The notes beneath the pieces are model-generated. The model did no database searches. It was not told where the DNA came from and was given only the letters and a program-made list of their open reading frames with translations. This document shows, piece by piece, positions 1 through 7,246 of a stretch of DNA of 64,000 nt. Location of the stretch: positions 1-64,000 of the forward strand of contig JASFQK010000027.1 of the NCBI GenBank assembly GCA_050115495.1, written 5' to 3'. Numbering within the stretch: position 1 is the first letter of the stretch; each line of letters begins with the position of its first letter. A program made the translations under genes and the position numbers. Source of the stretch: Phycisphaerae bacterium (GTDB lineage Bacteria; Planctomycetota; Phycisphaerae; UBA1845; Fen-1342).

Positions 1-141
1 AAGTCGACGGTCCGAGCCGATTCCGCCGAGTCGGGAACAGCTTCGCAGCCTGGTGTCCTTCGCCACGATCGCCGGCAAATGACCTTGATCGCCGCGGGCA
101 ATTCTTTCACAAGCTCTCTCGCCCGCCAAGTGCCTTCCGAA

Positions 142-165
142 TGACAGGCGAGACGCCTGCCCCAC
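142..165 (-). repeat. Isolated REP-like palindrome
   Basis: Minus strand reads GTGGGGCAGGCGTCTCGCCTGTCA: a GTGG head followed by a CAGGCG/CGCCTG hairpin, in intergenic DNA. Confidence 0.5.
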
Positions 166-231
166 CCAAGATAAGATGCGAGCGGCGTGAGAAAACAGAC
201 TAGAATAGCGCAGGCGACCGGCGGAAAGCAC

Positions 232-1098
232 ATGCCATACCACCAGGTGCGCGTCATCAGCGGCGCCGGCACCGACCCGCAGCAGTTCAGCGATGCGCTT
301 CGCGGCGTAGCCGTGGGCCCGATGGGTGAAGTGTGCCTGGTGGGTGACGAGAAGCTGCGCGTCTTCTCGCCGGAAGGGAAGCTTTGCTGGGGGGCACGGA
401 CCGCGCGGCCGGGTTTTTCCGTCGCCGTCGCTGCCGACGGCCGGGTCTTCGTGGGTGAAGCGGGGCAGATCGAGATCTTCAATCGCGGCGGTGAACGGGT
501 GGCCGTTTGGACCGATGCGGCCCGCTTCGGTCGGGTGACGGCGATCGGTTTCGCTGACGACGGGGTGATCGTCGCCGATGTGGCGGATCGTTGCCTGCGA
601 CGGCTGAGCGCGACCGGCGAGTTTCGCAACGACATCGGCAAGGACAACCGCATGCGCGGCTTCCTCGTGCCCAACGGCTGGTTGGACTTCGCCGTTGATG
701 CCGACAGCGTGATTCACGCGTGCAATCCGGCGAAGCACCGCGTCGAGCGCTACTCGCTCGATGGTAAGCTGCTCGGCCAGTGGGGGCGTTTCGACGGGCG
801 CGATCCGGAGGGCTTCGGTGGTTGCTGCAATCCGACGAACCTGGCCCTGGCGCCCGGCGGCGAGATCGTCGTGACCGAGAAGGCACCGCCCCGGGCGAAG
901 GTGTACGATGCCGATGGCAAGCTGCGGGCCGTCGTCGGGGAGGGGGCCTTCGACGCCTGCTGCAAGAACATGGACGTGGCGGTGGATGGCGAGGGCCGCC
1001 TGTACGTCGTGGATACGGTCCGCCGGTGTGTTGTTGTGTTCGCGCCCGAGCGTGCTACGACGACGCAGCCGGCGACCGGTGAGGCGGTGAGACCATGA
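232..1098 (+). CDS. NHL-repeat beta-propeller protein with GCCNP motif
   Basis: NHL-like repeats (GVAVGPMGEV, DFAVDADSVI, DVAVDGEGRLYVVD); FGGCCNP and ACCKNM Cys pairs; ATG 232 preferred over GTG 187. Confidence 0.8.
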   Translation: MPYHQVRVISGAGTDPQQFSDALRGVAVGPMGEVCLVGDEKLRVFSPEGKLCWGARTARPGFSVAVAADGRVFVGEAGQIEIFNRGGERVAVWTDAARFGRVTAIGFADDGVIVADVADRCLRRLSATGEFRNDIGKDNRMRGFLVPNGWLDFAVDADSVIHACNPAKHRVERYSLDGKLLGQWGRFDGRDPEGFGGCCNPTNLALAPGGEIVVTEKAPPRAKVYDADGKLRAVVGEGAFDACCKNMDVAVDGEGRLYVVDTVRRCVVVFAPERATTTQPATGEAVRP

Positions 1099-1694
1099 GT
1101 GACAAGCCGACGCGGCGCGAAGTGCTGGGGCACGCGGTTCGCGGTGGGGCGCTGCTGGGCCTCGGCGGGCTGGCCGTGTACCTCGTCCGCCGGGGCGGGC
1201 CGAACGACGCCTGGTGCATCGACGTCGAGAAGTGCATCAACAGCCGGCTCGGCGCGGTCGGCGTGGACGTCTGCGAGCGCTGCGCTACCGAGTGCGTGCT
1301 TTCGCTTTCCGCCGTGCGGGCCGTCAACGACTACGCCAAATGCGGACGCTGCTACATCTGTCCGGCCTACTTCGACGTGAAAAGCGCGATCGACGAGAAG
1401 GGCCTGCCCAGCGAGAAGCTCTGCCCGCGTGACGCCATCCGCCGCGAGCCGATCGGCTGGGTCGACCCCGACGATCCGGCCAACAACTTCTACGAGTACA
1501 CGATCGACGAAAACCTGTGCAACGGTTGCGGGCGGTGTGTGCTGGCCTGCAAGGAGCCGGCGGGGCTGAGCTCGATCCGGCTCGTCGTGCGCTACGACTT
1601 GTGCACCGACTGCAACCGCTGCTCGATCGCCATGGCCTGCCCGGAAGACGCCTACGTGCGCCAGCCGGCCGCGAGTGGAGAGTCGGCCGGGTGA
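1095..1694 (+). CDS. Tat-signal/anchored multi-Cys 4Fe-4S ferredoxin
   Basis: TRREVL twin-Arg plus hydrophobic stretch; CGRCYICP, CNGCGRCVLAC, CTDCNRCSIAMACP; ATGA overlap with upstream gene. Confidence 0.8.
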   Translation: MSDKPTRREVLGHAVRGGALLGLGGLAVYLVRRGGPNDAWCIDVEKCINSRLGAVGVDVCERCATECVLSLSAVRAVNDYAKCGRCYICPAYFDVKSAIDEKGLPSEKLCPRDAIRREPIGWVDPDDPANNFYEYTIDENLCNGCGRCVLACKEPAGLSSIRLVVRYDLCTDCNRCSIAMACPEDAYVRQPAASGESAG

Positions 1695-2701
1695 GCGCAT
1701 CGAATTCGCTGAACAACATGGGGCGGCCCCGCTTGGTTGCACAACGTTTGCTCGTGCCGGTCTTGTTGCTGTTGCTCGTGCCGGCCGCTCGCGCGCAGAT
1801 CGACTATGTTCGTCCCGTCAGCGCTGCCCCACGCGTCGAGGACATCGGCGGCGACTACCAGTTGCCACAGGTGCAACATGCGCCGCCGCGTGCGGCGTGG
1901 CAGGAATGGCTCGATCTCGGCCTGCTCGCCGCCGGCATGGCCATTGGGGCGTGGCTGGTGCTCTGGCGTCGCAGCCGTGCCGGGCTGTTGGCGTTCACCG
2001 TTGCCTGCGTCGTTTACTTCGGCTGGTACCGGCAGGGGTGCGTCTGCCCGATTGGCGCCATTCAAAACGTCGTCGTTGCCCTGACCGATCGCGCCGCCAT
2101 CATCCCCTTCGTCGTCGTCGCGATCTTCCTCCTGCCACTCGTGGCCGCGGTGCTCGTCGGTCGTGTCTTCTGCGGCGGCGTCTGCCCGCTGGGAGCGATT
2201 CAGGAACTCGTGCTGCTGTGGCCGGTGAAAGTACCGCGGCGGCTCGACTGGGCGCTGGGCTGGCTGAAGTGGGTGTACCTGGTGCTGGCAGTCTGGCTGG
2301 CGGCGCAGCCGGCGGGCGAGCGCGACTTCATCATTTGCCGGTTCGACCCGTTCGTCGGGCTCTTTCGGTTGGCCGGGCCGATGCACATGCTGCTCATCGG
2401 TGGGCTGCTGCTGGTGCTCGGGCTGTTCATCGGACGGCCGTATTGCCGGTACCTGTGCCCGTACGGAGCGCTGCTGTCGGTGCTGTCGCGCATCTCCTGG
2501 CGAGGTGTGACGGTCACGCCCGACAAGGAGCTGGACTGCGGCCTGTGTGCGGAGTCGTGTCCGTACGGGGCGATTGAGAACCTGCGGGCGGTGCGGCACT
2601 CGTGCCTGTCCTGCGCCCGCTGCTTCCAGAGTTGTCCGCGCCACCGCGTCCGCGGCCGACAGAGCGATACGACCGGAGGCGAACCGAAGTCGGCGTCATG
2701 A
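1691..2701 (+). CDS. NapH/MauN-like integral membrane 4Fe-4S protein
   Basis: Multiple TM helices; CVCPIG, FCGGVCPLG, YCRYLCPYG; C-terminal ferredoxin motifs; GTG 1691 overlaps the upstream stop (ATG 1718 is an alternative). Confidence 0.8.
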   Translation: MSASNSLNNMGRPRLVAQRLLVPVLLLLLVPAARAQIDYVRPVSAAPRVEDIGGDYQLPQVQHAPPRAAWQEWLDLGLLAAGMAIGAWLVLWRRSRAGLLAFTVACVVYFGWYRQGCVCPIGAIQNVVVALTDRAAIIPFVVVAIFLLPLVAAVLVGRVFCGGVCPLGAIQELVLLWPVKVPRRLDWALGWLKWVYLVLAVWLAAQPAGERDFIICRFDPFVGLFRLAGPMHMLLIGGLLLVLGLFIGRPYCRYLCPYGALLSVLSRISWRGVTVTPDKELDCGLCAESCPYGAIENLRAVRHSCLSCARCFQSCPRHRVRGRQSDTTGGEPKSAS

Positions 2702-5433
2702 GCAGAGAACTCGCCACGAAGATCGCTCGCATCTGGGTCTGGCTGGCCGGCCTGACCCTGTTGGTCTCCGCCGGCGCGCTCACGGCGAGCGACGCTCGCG
2801 CCCACTTGCAGGAGGACGCGGAGAAAGCCCGCGTCGCCGCACTCGAGCAGCAGGTGCTCACCGACGCGTCCATCGCCGCCGATCTGCACGCCGAACGCGA
2901 GCGCCAGACCGACGCCTCAGTGCAGCGTACGACGCAGCAGGAGACGTTGGCGTACATCGTCATCGCTGCTGCGGTTGCCTTCGTGCTCGGCGGCAAGTGG
3001 CTGATCGCCCTGCGTGGATCGCGTGTCTACCTGCCGCCACGCGCGGCTGCGTTGCGCGGCGAACCCGCTCCTGTCGCATCGTCCGGCCCGGTGATTTCGC
3101 TCCCAGTGATCACGCCCGCCGACGGAACGCTCGACCTGTCCGCCGTGGATGAGATCGTCGCCGTCGAAGGGCGCAAGCCCGAGGCCGCCATCCCGATCCT
3201 TCAAGCATTGCAGGCGCGCTTTCGCTACCTGCCGCGGCCCGCGCTGGAGCGCATCTGCGAACTAACCGAGATCACGCCGGCGCAACTGACCGGCGTCGCT
3301 TCGTTCTATACGCAGTTCCGGCAAACGCCCGTCGGCGAGCACCTCGTCAAGGTCTGCCACGGGACGGCGTGCCACGTCGCCGGCGCACCGCGCATCACCG
3401 ACGAACTCCGCCGGTTGCTGGGCATTGCATCGGGCGAGGACACCGACGCCGCCCGGCGGTTCACGATCGAACCGGTGGCGTGCATGGGTTGCTGCACGCT
3501 CGCCCCGGTCATGCAAATCGACGGCGTCACGCACGGCCATCTGCAGACGGATACCGCTATCGCCGCGGTTGCCGCTGCGGACGAAGCCACCACCGACGGC
3601 GAGGAGTCCGCATCGCATGCGCTCGCCCTCGCAGGTACTCCGGTCGGCGAGATCCGCGTCGGCCTCGGCTCATGCTGCGTGGCCAACGGCAGCGGGCACG
3701 TCTTCACCGCGTTGCAGAGCAGACTCGCCGAACGCGGTGCGTCGGTCACGGTCAAACGCGTCGGCTGCGTGGGCATGTGCCACCAGACGCCGCTCGTCGA
3801 GGTGGACCTCCCCGGCCGCCCGCCGGCTCGCTATGCCCGCGTTCACGCTGAGCATGTGCCGGCGATTGTCCGCCAGCACTTCCCTGGCGGCGGTTTGCGG
3901 ACGCGGCTGGGCGATCTCGCCGCCGCTTTCAACGGACGCCAGCAGACACACGAAGTCCGCCAGCACACGCTCGAACCGCGCGATCCGCCGGTGGCGGCGT
4001 TCCTCGGCCCGCAGCAGCACATCGCCACCGAGCATTGTGGCTGCCTCGATCCGATCGACTTGGACGAGTACGTGCGACACGACGGCTTCCGCGCTCTCCG
4101 GCGTTGTCGCGAGCAGCTCGACCCCGATGCGCTCATCGCCGAGATCCGCGAAGCCGGCCTGCGCGGGCGTGGCGGGGCTGGCTTCCCTACCGCCGAGAAG
4201 TGGGCACGCGTGCACGCCGCCGCCGGCGATACGAAGTACATCATCTGCAACGGCGACGAAGGCGACCCCGGCGCGTTCATGGATCGCATGTTGATGGAGT
4301 CGTATCCGTACCGCATCATCGAGGGCGTGGCCATCGCCGCCCACGCGGTCGGGGCGGCGGAGGGCATCTTCTACATTCGGCGCGAATACCCGCTCGCCGC
4401 CGAGCGAATCCGCGAGGCGGTGCGCATCTGCACCGAACGCGGACTGCTCGACGGCTTGCACTTGCGTGTCGTTGAAGGAGCCGGGGCGTTCGTCTGCGGC
4501 GAGGAGTCCGCGCTGATCGAGTCGCTCGAAGGTCGCCGGGGCATGCCGCGTCTGCGCCCGCCGTTCCCCGCGGAAAAGGGCCTGTGGGGCCGGCCAACGC
4601 TGGTGGGCAACGTCGAGACGTATGCGGTCGTGCCGTGGATTCTGCGGAATGGGCCGGCGGCGTTCGCTGCCTTCGGCACCGCTACGAGCAAGGGCACGAA
4701 GGTCTTTGCCCTCGCCGGCAAGGTCGCTCGCGGCGGGCTCATCGAAGTCCCCATGGGCGTGACCATCCGGCAGATCGTCGAGGAGATCGGCGGCGGGGTT
4801 CGCGCCGGTCATCGCTTCAAAGCCGTGCAGATCGGCGGACCCTCGGGTGGTTGCGTGCCTGCCGAACTCGCCGATACGCCGGTCGATTACGAGGCGCTGG
4901 CCGGCGTCGGGGCGATGATGGGCTCGGGCGGGCTCGTCGTGCTCGATGAGACCGACTGCATGGTGGACATGGCCCGCTACTTCCTGGCGTTTACGCAGGA
5001 GCAGTCGTGCGGCAAGTGCACGCATTGCCGCATCGGCACGCGCCGCCTGCTCGATATCCTCGAACGGCTGTGCAGCGGGCAAGGCCGGCCGGCCGATCTC
5101 GACGAGCTCGAACACTTGGCGCGCACCGTCAGCGCCGGAAGCCTCTGCGGTCTCGGTCGCACCGCCCCGAACCCCGTGCTGACGACGCTGCGCTACTTCC
5201 GCGATGAGTACGAGGCGCACGTCGCTGGCCGCTGTCCCGCGGGACGCTGCAAAGAGCTGATTCGCTACGAAGTCACCGAGGCGTGCACCGGCTGCACGCT
5301 CTGTGCCCAGGCCTGTCCCGTGGAGGCCATCGCCATGACGCCCTACGAGCGGCACGCCATCGACGACGACAAGTGCACGCGCTGCGACACGTGCCGCGTG
5401 CGCTGCCCGGAAGAGGCGATTCGCGTGGTTTGA
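2698..5433 (+). CDS. Membrane-anchored NuoE + thioredoxin-like 2Fe-2S + NuoF fusion (HydC/HydB-like diaphorase)
   Basis: Two N-terminal hydrophobic helices; CHGTAC...CMGCC; SCC...GCVGMC; GRGGAGFP, NGDEGDPGAFMDR, CGEESALI, GGPSGG, SCGKCTHCR; C-terminal 2x[4Fe-4S]; ATGA overlap. Confidence 0.88.
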   Translation: MSRELATKIARIWVWLAGLTLLVSAGALTASDARAHLQEDAEKARVAALEQQVLTDASIAADLHAERERQTDASVQRTTQQETLAYIVIAAAVAFVLGGKWLIALRGSRVYLPPRAAALRGEPAPVASSGPVISLPVITPADGTLDLSAVDEIVAVEGRKPEAAIPILQALQARFRYLPRPALERICELTEITPAQLTGVASFYTQFRQTPVGEHLVKVCHGTACHVAGAPRITDELRRLLGIASGEDTDAARRFTIEPVACMGCCTLAPVMQIDGVTHGHLQTDTAIAAVAAADEATTDGEESASHALALAGTPVGEIRVGLGSCCVANGSGHVFTALQSRLAERGASVTVKRVGCVGMCHQTPLVEVDLPGRPPARYARVHAEHVPAIVRQHFPGGGLRTRLGDLAAAFNGRQQTHEVRQHTLEPRDPPVAAFLGPQQHIATEHCGCLDPIDLDEYVRHDGFRALRRCREQLDPDALIAEIREAGLRGRGGAGFPTAEKWARVHAAAGDTKYIICNGDEGDPGAFMDRMLMESYPYRIIEGVAIAAHAVGAAEGIFYIRREYPLAAERIREAVRICTERGLLDGLHLRVVEGAGAFVCGEESALIESLEGRRGMPRLRPPFPAEKGLWGRPTLVGNVETYAVVPWILRNGPAAFAAFGTATSKGTKVFALAGKVARGGLIEVPMGVTIRQIVEEIGGGVRAGHRFKAVQIGGPSGGCVPAELADTPVDYEALAGVGAMMGSGGLVVLDETDCMVDMARYFLAFTQEQSCGKCTHCRIGTRRLLDILERLCSGQGRPADLDELEHLARTVSAGSLCGLGRTAPNPVLTTLRYFRDEYEAHVAGRCPAGRCKELIRYEVTEACTGCTLCAQACPVEAIAMTPYERHAIDDDKCTRCDTCRVRCPEEAIRVV

Positions 5434-5450
5434 ACCGGAGTGTGACGAGC

Positions 5451-7004
5451 GTGCCGCGAGTGCACATCGACAACCGCGAAGTGGACGTGCCCGCCGGCAG
5501 CACGGTGCTGACCGCGGCTCGGCAGTTGGGGATCGACATTCCGACCCTGTGCCATCGCGACGACTGCGCGCCGAACACGACGTGCCTCGTTTGCCTCGTG
5601 AAGATGGTGCGCGACGGTGAGTCCGTGGGCCGTTTCGTGCCGGCGTGCGCCACGGTCGTCACCGACGGCATGCGGGTCGAGAGTGAGACGCCCGAGGTGC
5701 ACGAGCAGCGGCGGACGGCGCTGGAGCTCCTGCTCAGCGATCATGCGGGGCAGTGCCGGGCGCCGTGCCAGTACGCATGTCCGTTCGGGACGGATGTGCC
5801 GCGGATGCTGCGCCAGGTCGGTGCGGGGGATTGGGCCGCGGCGGCCGCCACGCTGCGCGAATCCATGCCACTGGCGGCGGTTCTGGCGCGAGTGACGCCA
5901 CACGGAGGCGAACGTGGCTGTCGGCTGGGGCGCTGTGCGGGTGGTGAGGCGCTGGCGATCGGGTTGCTGATGCGGCAGGTCGCGGACAAGGATCTTGCCG
6001 CTGCTGATCCGCACGTGCCACCGTTCATGCCGGCGAGTGGCAAGCGCGTCGCGATTGTCGGGGCGGGGCCCGCGGGGCTGGCGGCGGCGTACTCGGTCGT
6101 TCGTTGCGGACATGCCTGCACGATGTTCGAGATGCAGGCTGAGGTGGGTGGTCGGTTGCGCGAGCTGCCGGAGTCGGTGCTACCGCCGGAGGTGCTGGCG
6201 GCGGAAATCGCGCTACTCACGCGTTTGGGCGTGAATATCAAGCAGAATGCGACAATCGACGGTGAAGCCGGTCTTGCCGGGCTCCGTGGCACGCATGATG
6301 CCGTCGTACTCGCCGTCGGGTCGGCGGGAACTGCGGCGTGGTCGGCGGTGTTGCGCGTCACCGACGAACGTATCGCGGCGGATCGGACCACACACGAGAC
6401 GTCGCTGCCGGGTGTGTTTGCTGCGGGCGATGCGGCTCGCGCTTGCGCTGATGCGGTGCGTGCCGCCGTCGATGGTAAGGCCGTCGCTGTCTGTGTTGAT
6501 CAGCATCTTCGTGGTGAGGCCGTCACCGGAGCGCGCAAGCTCGCCGCTCTGCGATTGGCTCGTGCAGAAGACGATTCGCCGGGGCAGGGATCAGCGCAGG
6601 TTGTGCCTTCGGCCGGTGCGGTGGCGGGCTATTCCGATGACGAGGCTCGCGAAGAGGCCGGCCGGTGCCTGCACTGCGATTGCGCGAAGCTCGAATCGTG
6701 CCGCCTTCGGCGATACGCGGAGCGGTACAGCGCAGATGCTGCGCGGTACCGTGGTCGCCGACGGCAGGGGGGCGTCCGCCGCCAGCAGGGCGACGTCGTG
6801 TACGACCCGGGCAAGTGCATCCTGTGCGGGCTGTGCGTACAGATCGCTCAGCGGGAGGGCGAGCCGCTCGGGCTGACGTTCATCGGGCGTGGTTTCGATG
6901 TGCGCGTGGACGTGCCGTTCGACGCGTCGCTCGCGGAAGGTCTCCACCGCGCCGCGCGGCGTTGCGCGGAGGCGTGTCCGACGGGGGCGCTCAGCATGCT
7001 GTAG
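5451..7004 (+). CDS. NuoG/HydA-N-like Fe-S protein with inserted GltD-like FAD domain
   Basis: IPTLCH...CLVC...PAC 2Fe-2S; LLLSDH; APCQYACP; VAIVGAGPAG; GVFAAGD; CLHCDC; KCILCGLC and CAEACPTGA; start GTG 5442 or 5451. Confidence 0.82.
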   Translation: MPRVHIDNREVDVPAGSTVLTAARQLGIDIPTLCHRDDCAPNTTCLVCLVKMVRDGESVGRFVPACATVVTDGMRVESETPEVHEQRRTALELLLSDHAGQCRAPCQYACPFGTDVPRMLRQVGAGDWAAAAATLRESMPLAAVLARVTPHGGERGCRLGRCAGGEALAIGLLMRQVADKDLAAADPHVPPFMPASGKRVAIVGAGPAGLAAAYSVVRCGHACTMFEMQAEVGGRLRELPESVLPPEVLAAEIALLTRLGVNIKQNATIDGEAGLAGLRGTHDAVVLAVGSAGTAAWSAVLRVTDERIAADRTTHETSLPGVFAAGDAARACADAVRAAVDGKAVAVCVDQHLRGEAVTGARKLAALRLARAEDDSPGQGSAQVVPSAGAVAGYSDDEAREEAGRCLHCDCAKLESCRLRRYAERYSADAARYRGRRRQGGVRRQQGDVVYDPGKCILCGLCVQIAQREGEPLGLTFIGRGFDVRVDVPFDASLAEGLHRAARRCAEACPTGALSML

Positions 7005-7219
7005 CGTCGGTCCCCTGTGGCCGACGTCGAATTCCGAACGACGTTTGCTATGCGGGAGTGTGGCACGCTGAAGCCTTAGGCGCCGGCATGTCTTCCTTCT
7101 GGATCGGGGATTACATGCCGGCGCTGCGCTTCGGCATGCCACACAGTGTAGCGGCCGCCCCCCGTGGCCGACGTCGATTACGAATGCGGCACTGGTGGGC
7201 AAGCCACCAGTGGCACCCC
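7001..7219. repeat. Mosaic REP-like palindrome array A
   Basis: GTAG+hairpin units at 7001 and 7148; long inverted repeat 7058-7144; 30-bp segment 7189-7218 identical to 50798-50827. Confidence 0.85.
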
Positions 7220-7246
7220 GCGGGTGACGGAACGGAGCTTCGATGG

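Noticed and set aside
1..82. Possible 3' end of an upstream gene
   Set aside because: Too short to assign frame or function.
3670..5355. Long antisense ORFs (also 18191-20176, 37766-39844, 60555-62534 and many others)
   Set aside because: Shadow frames of well-supported genes, expected in high-GC DNA; no recognisable motifs.
232..7004. Selenocysteine read-through at TGA stops in the redox operon
   Set aside because: The TGAs fall at natural protein ends and mostly overlap the next start codon; none aligns to a Cys motif.
2698..7004. Calling the operon complex I or a hydrogenase
   Set aside because: No other nuo subunits and no H-cluster or NiFe motifs.
7001..7219. Repeat arrays as CRISPR
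   Set aside because: No regularly spaced identical repeats with unique spacers, and no cas genes.
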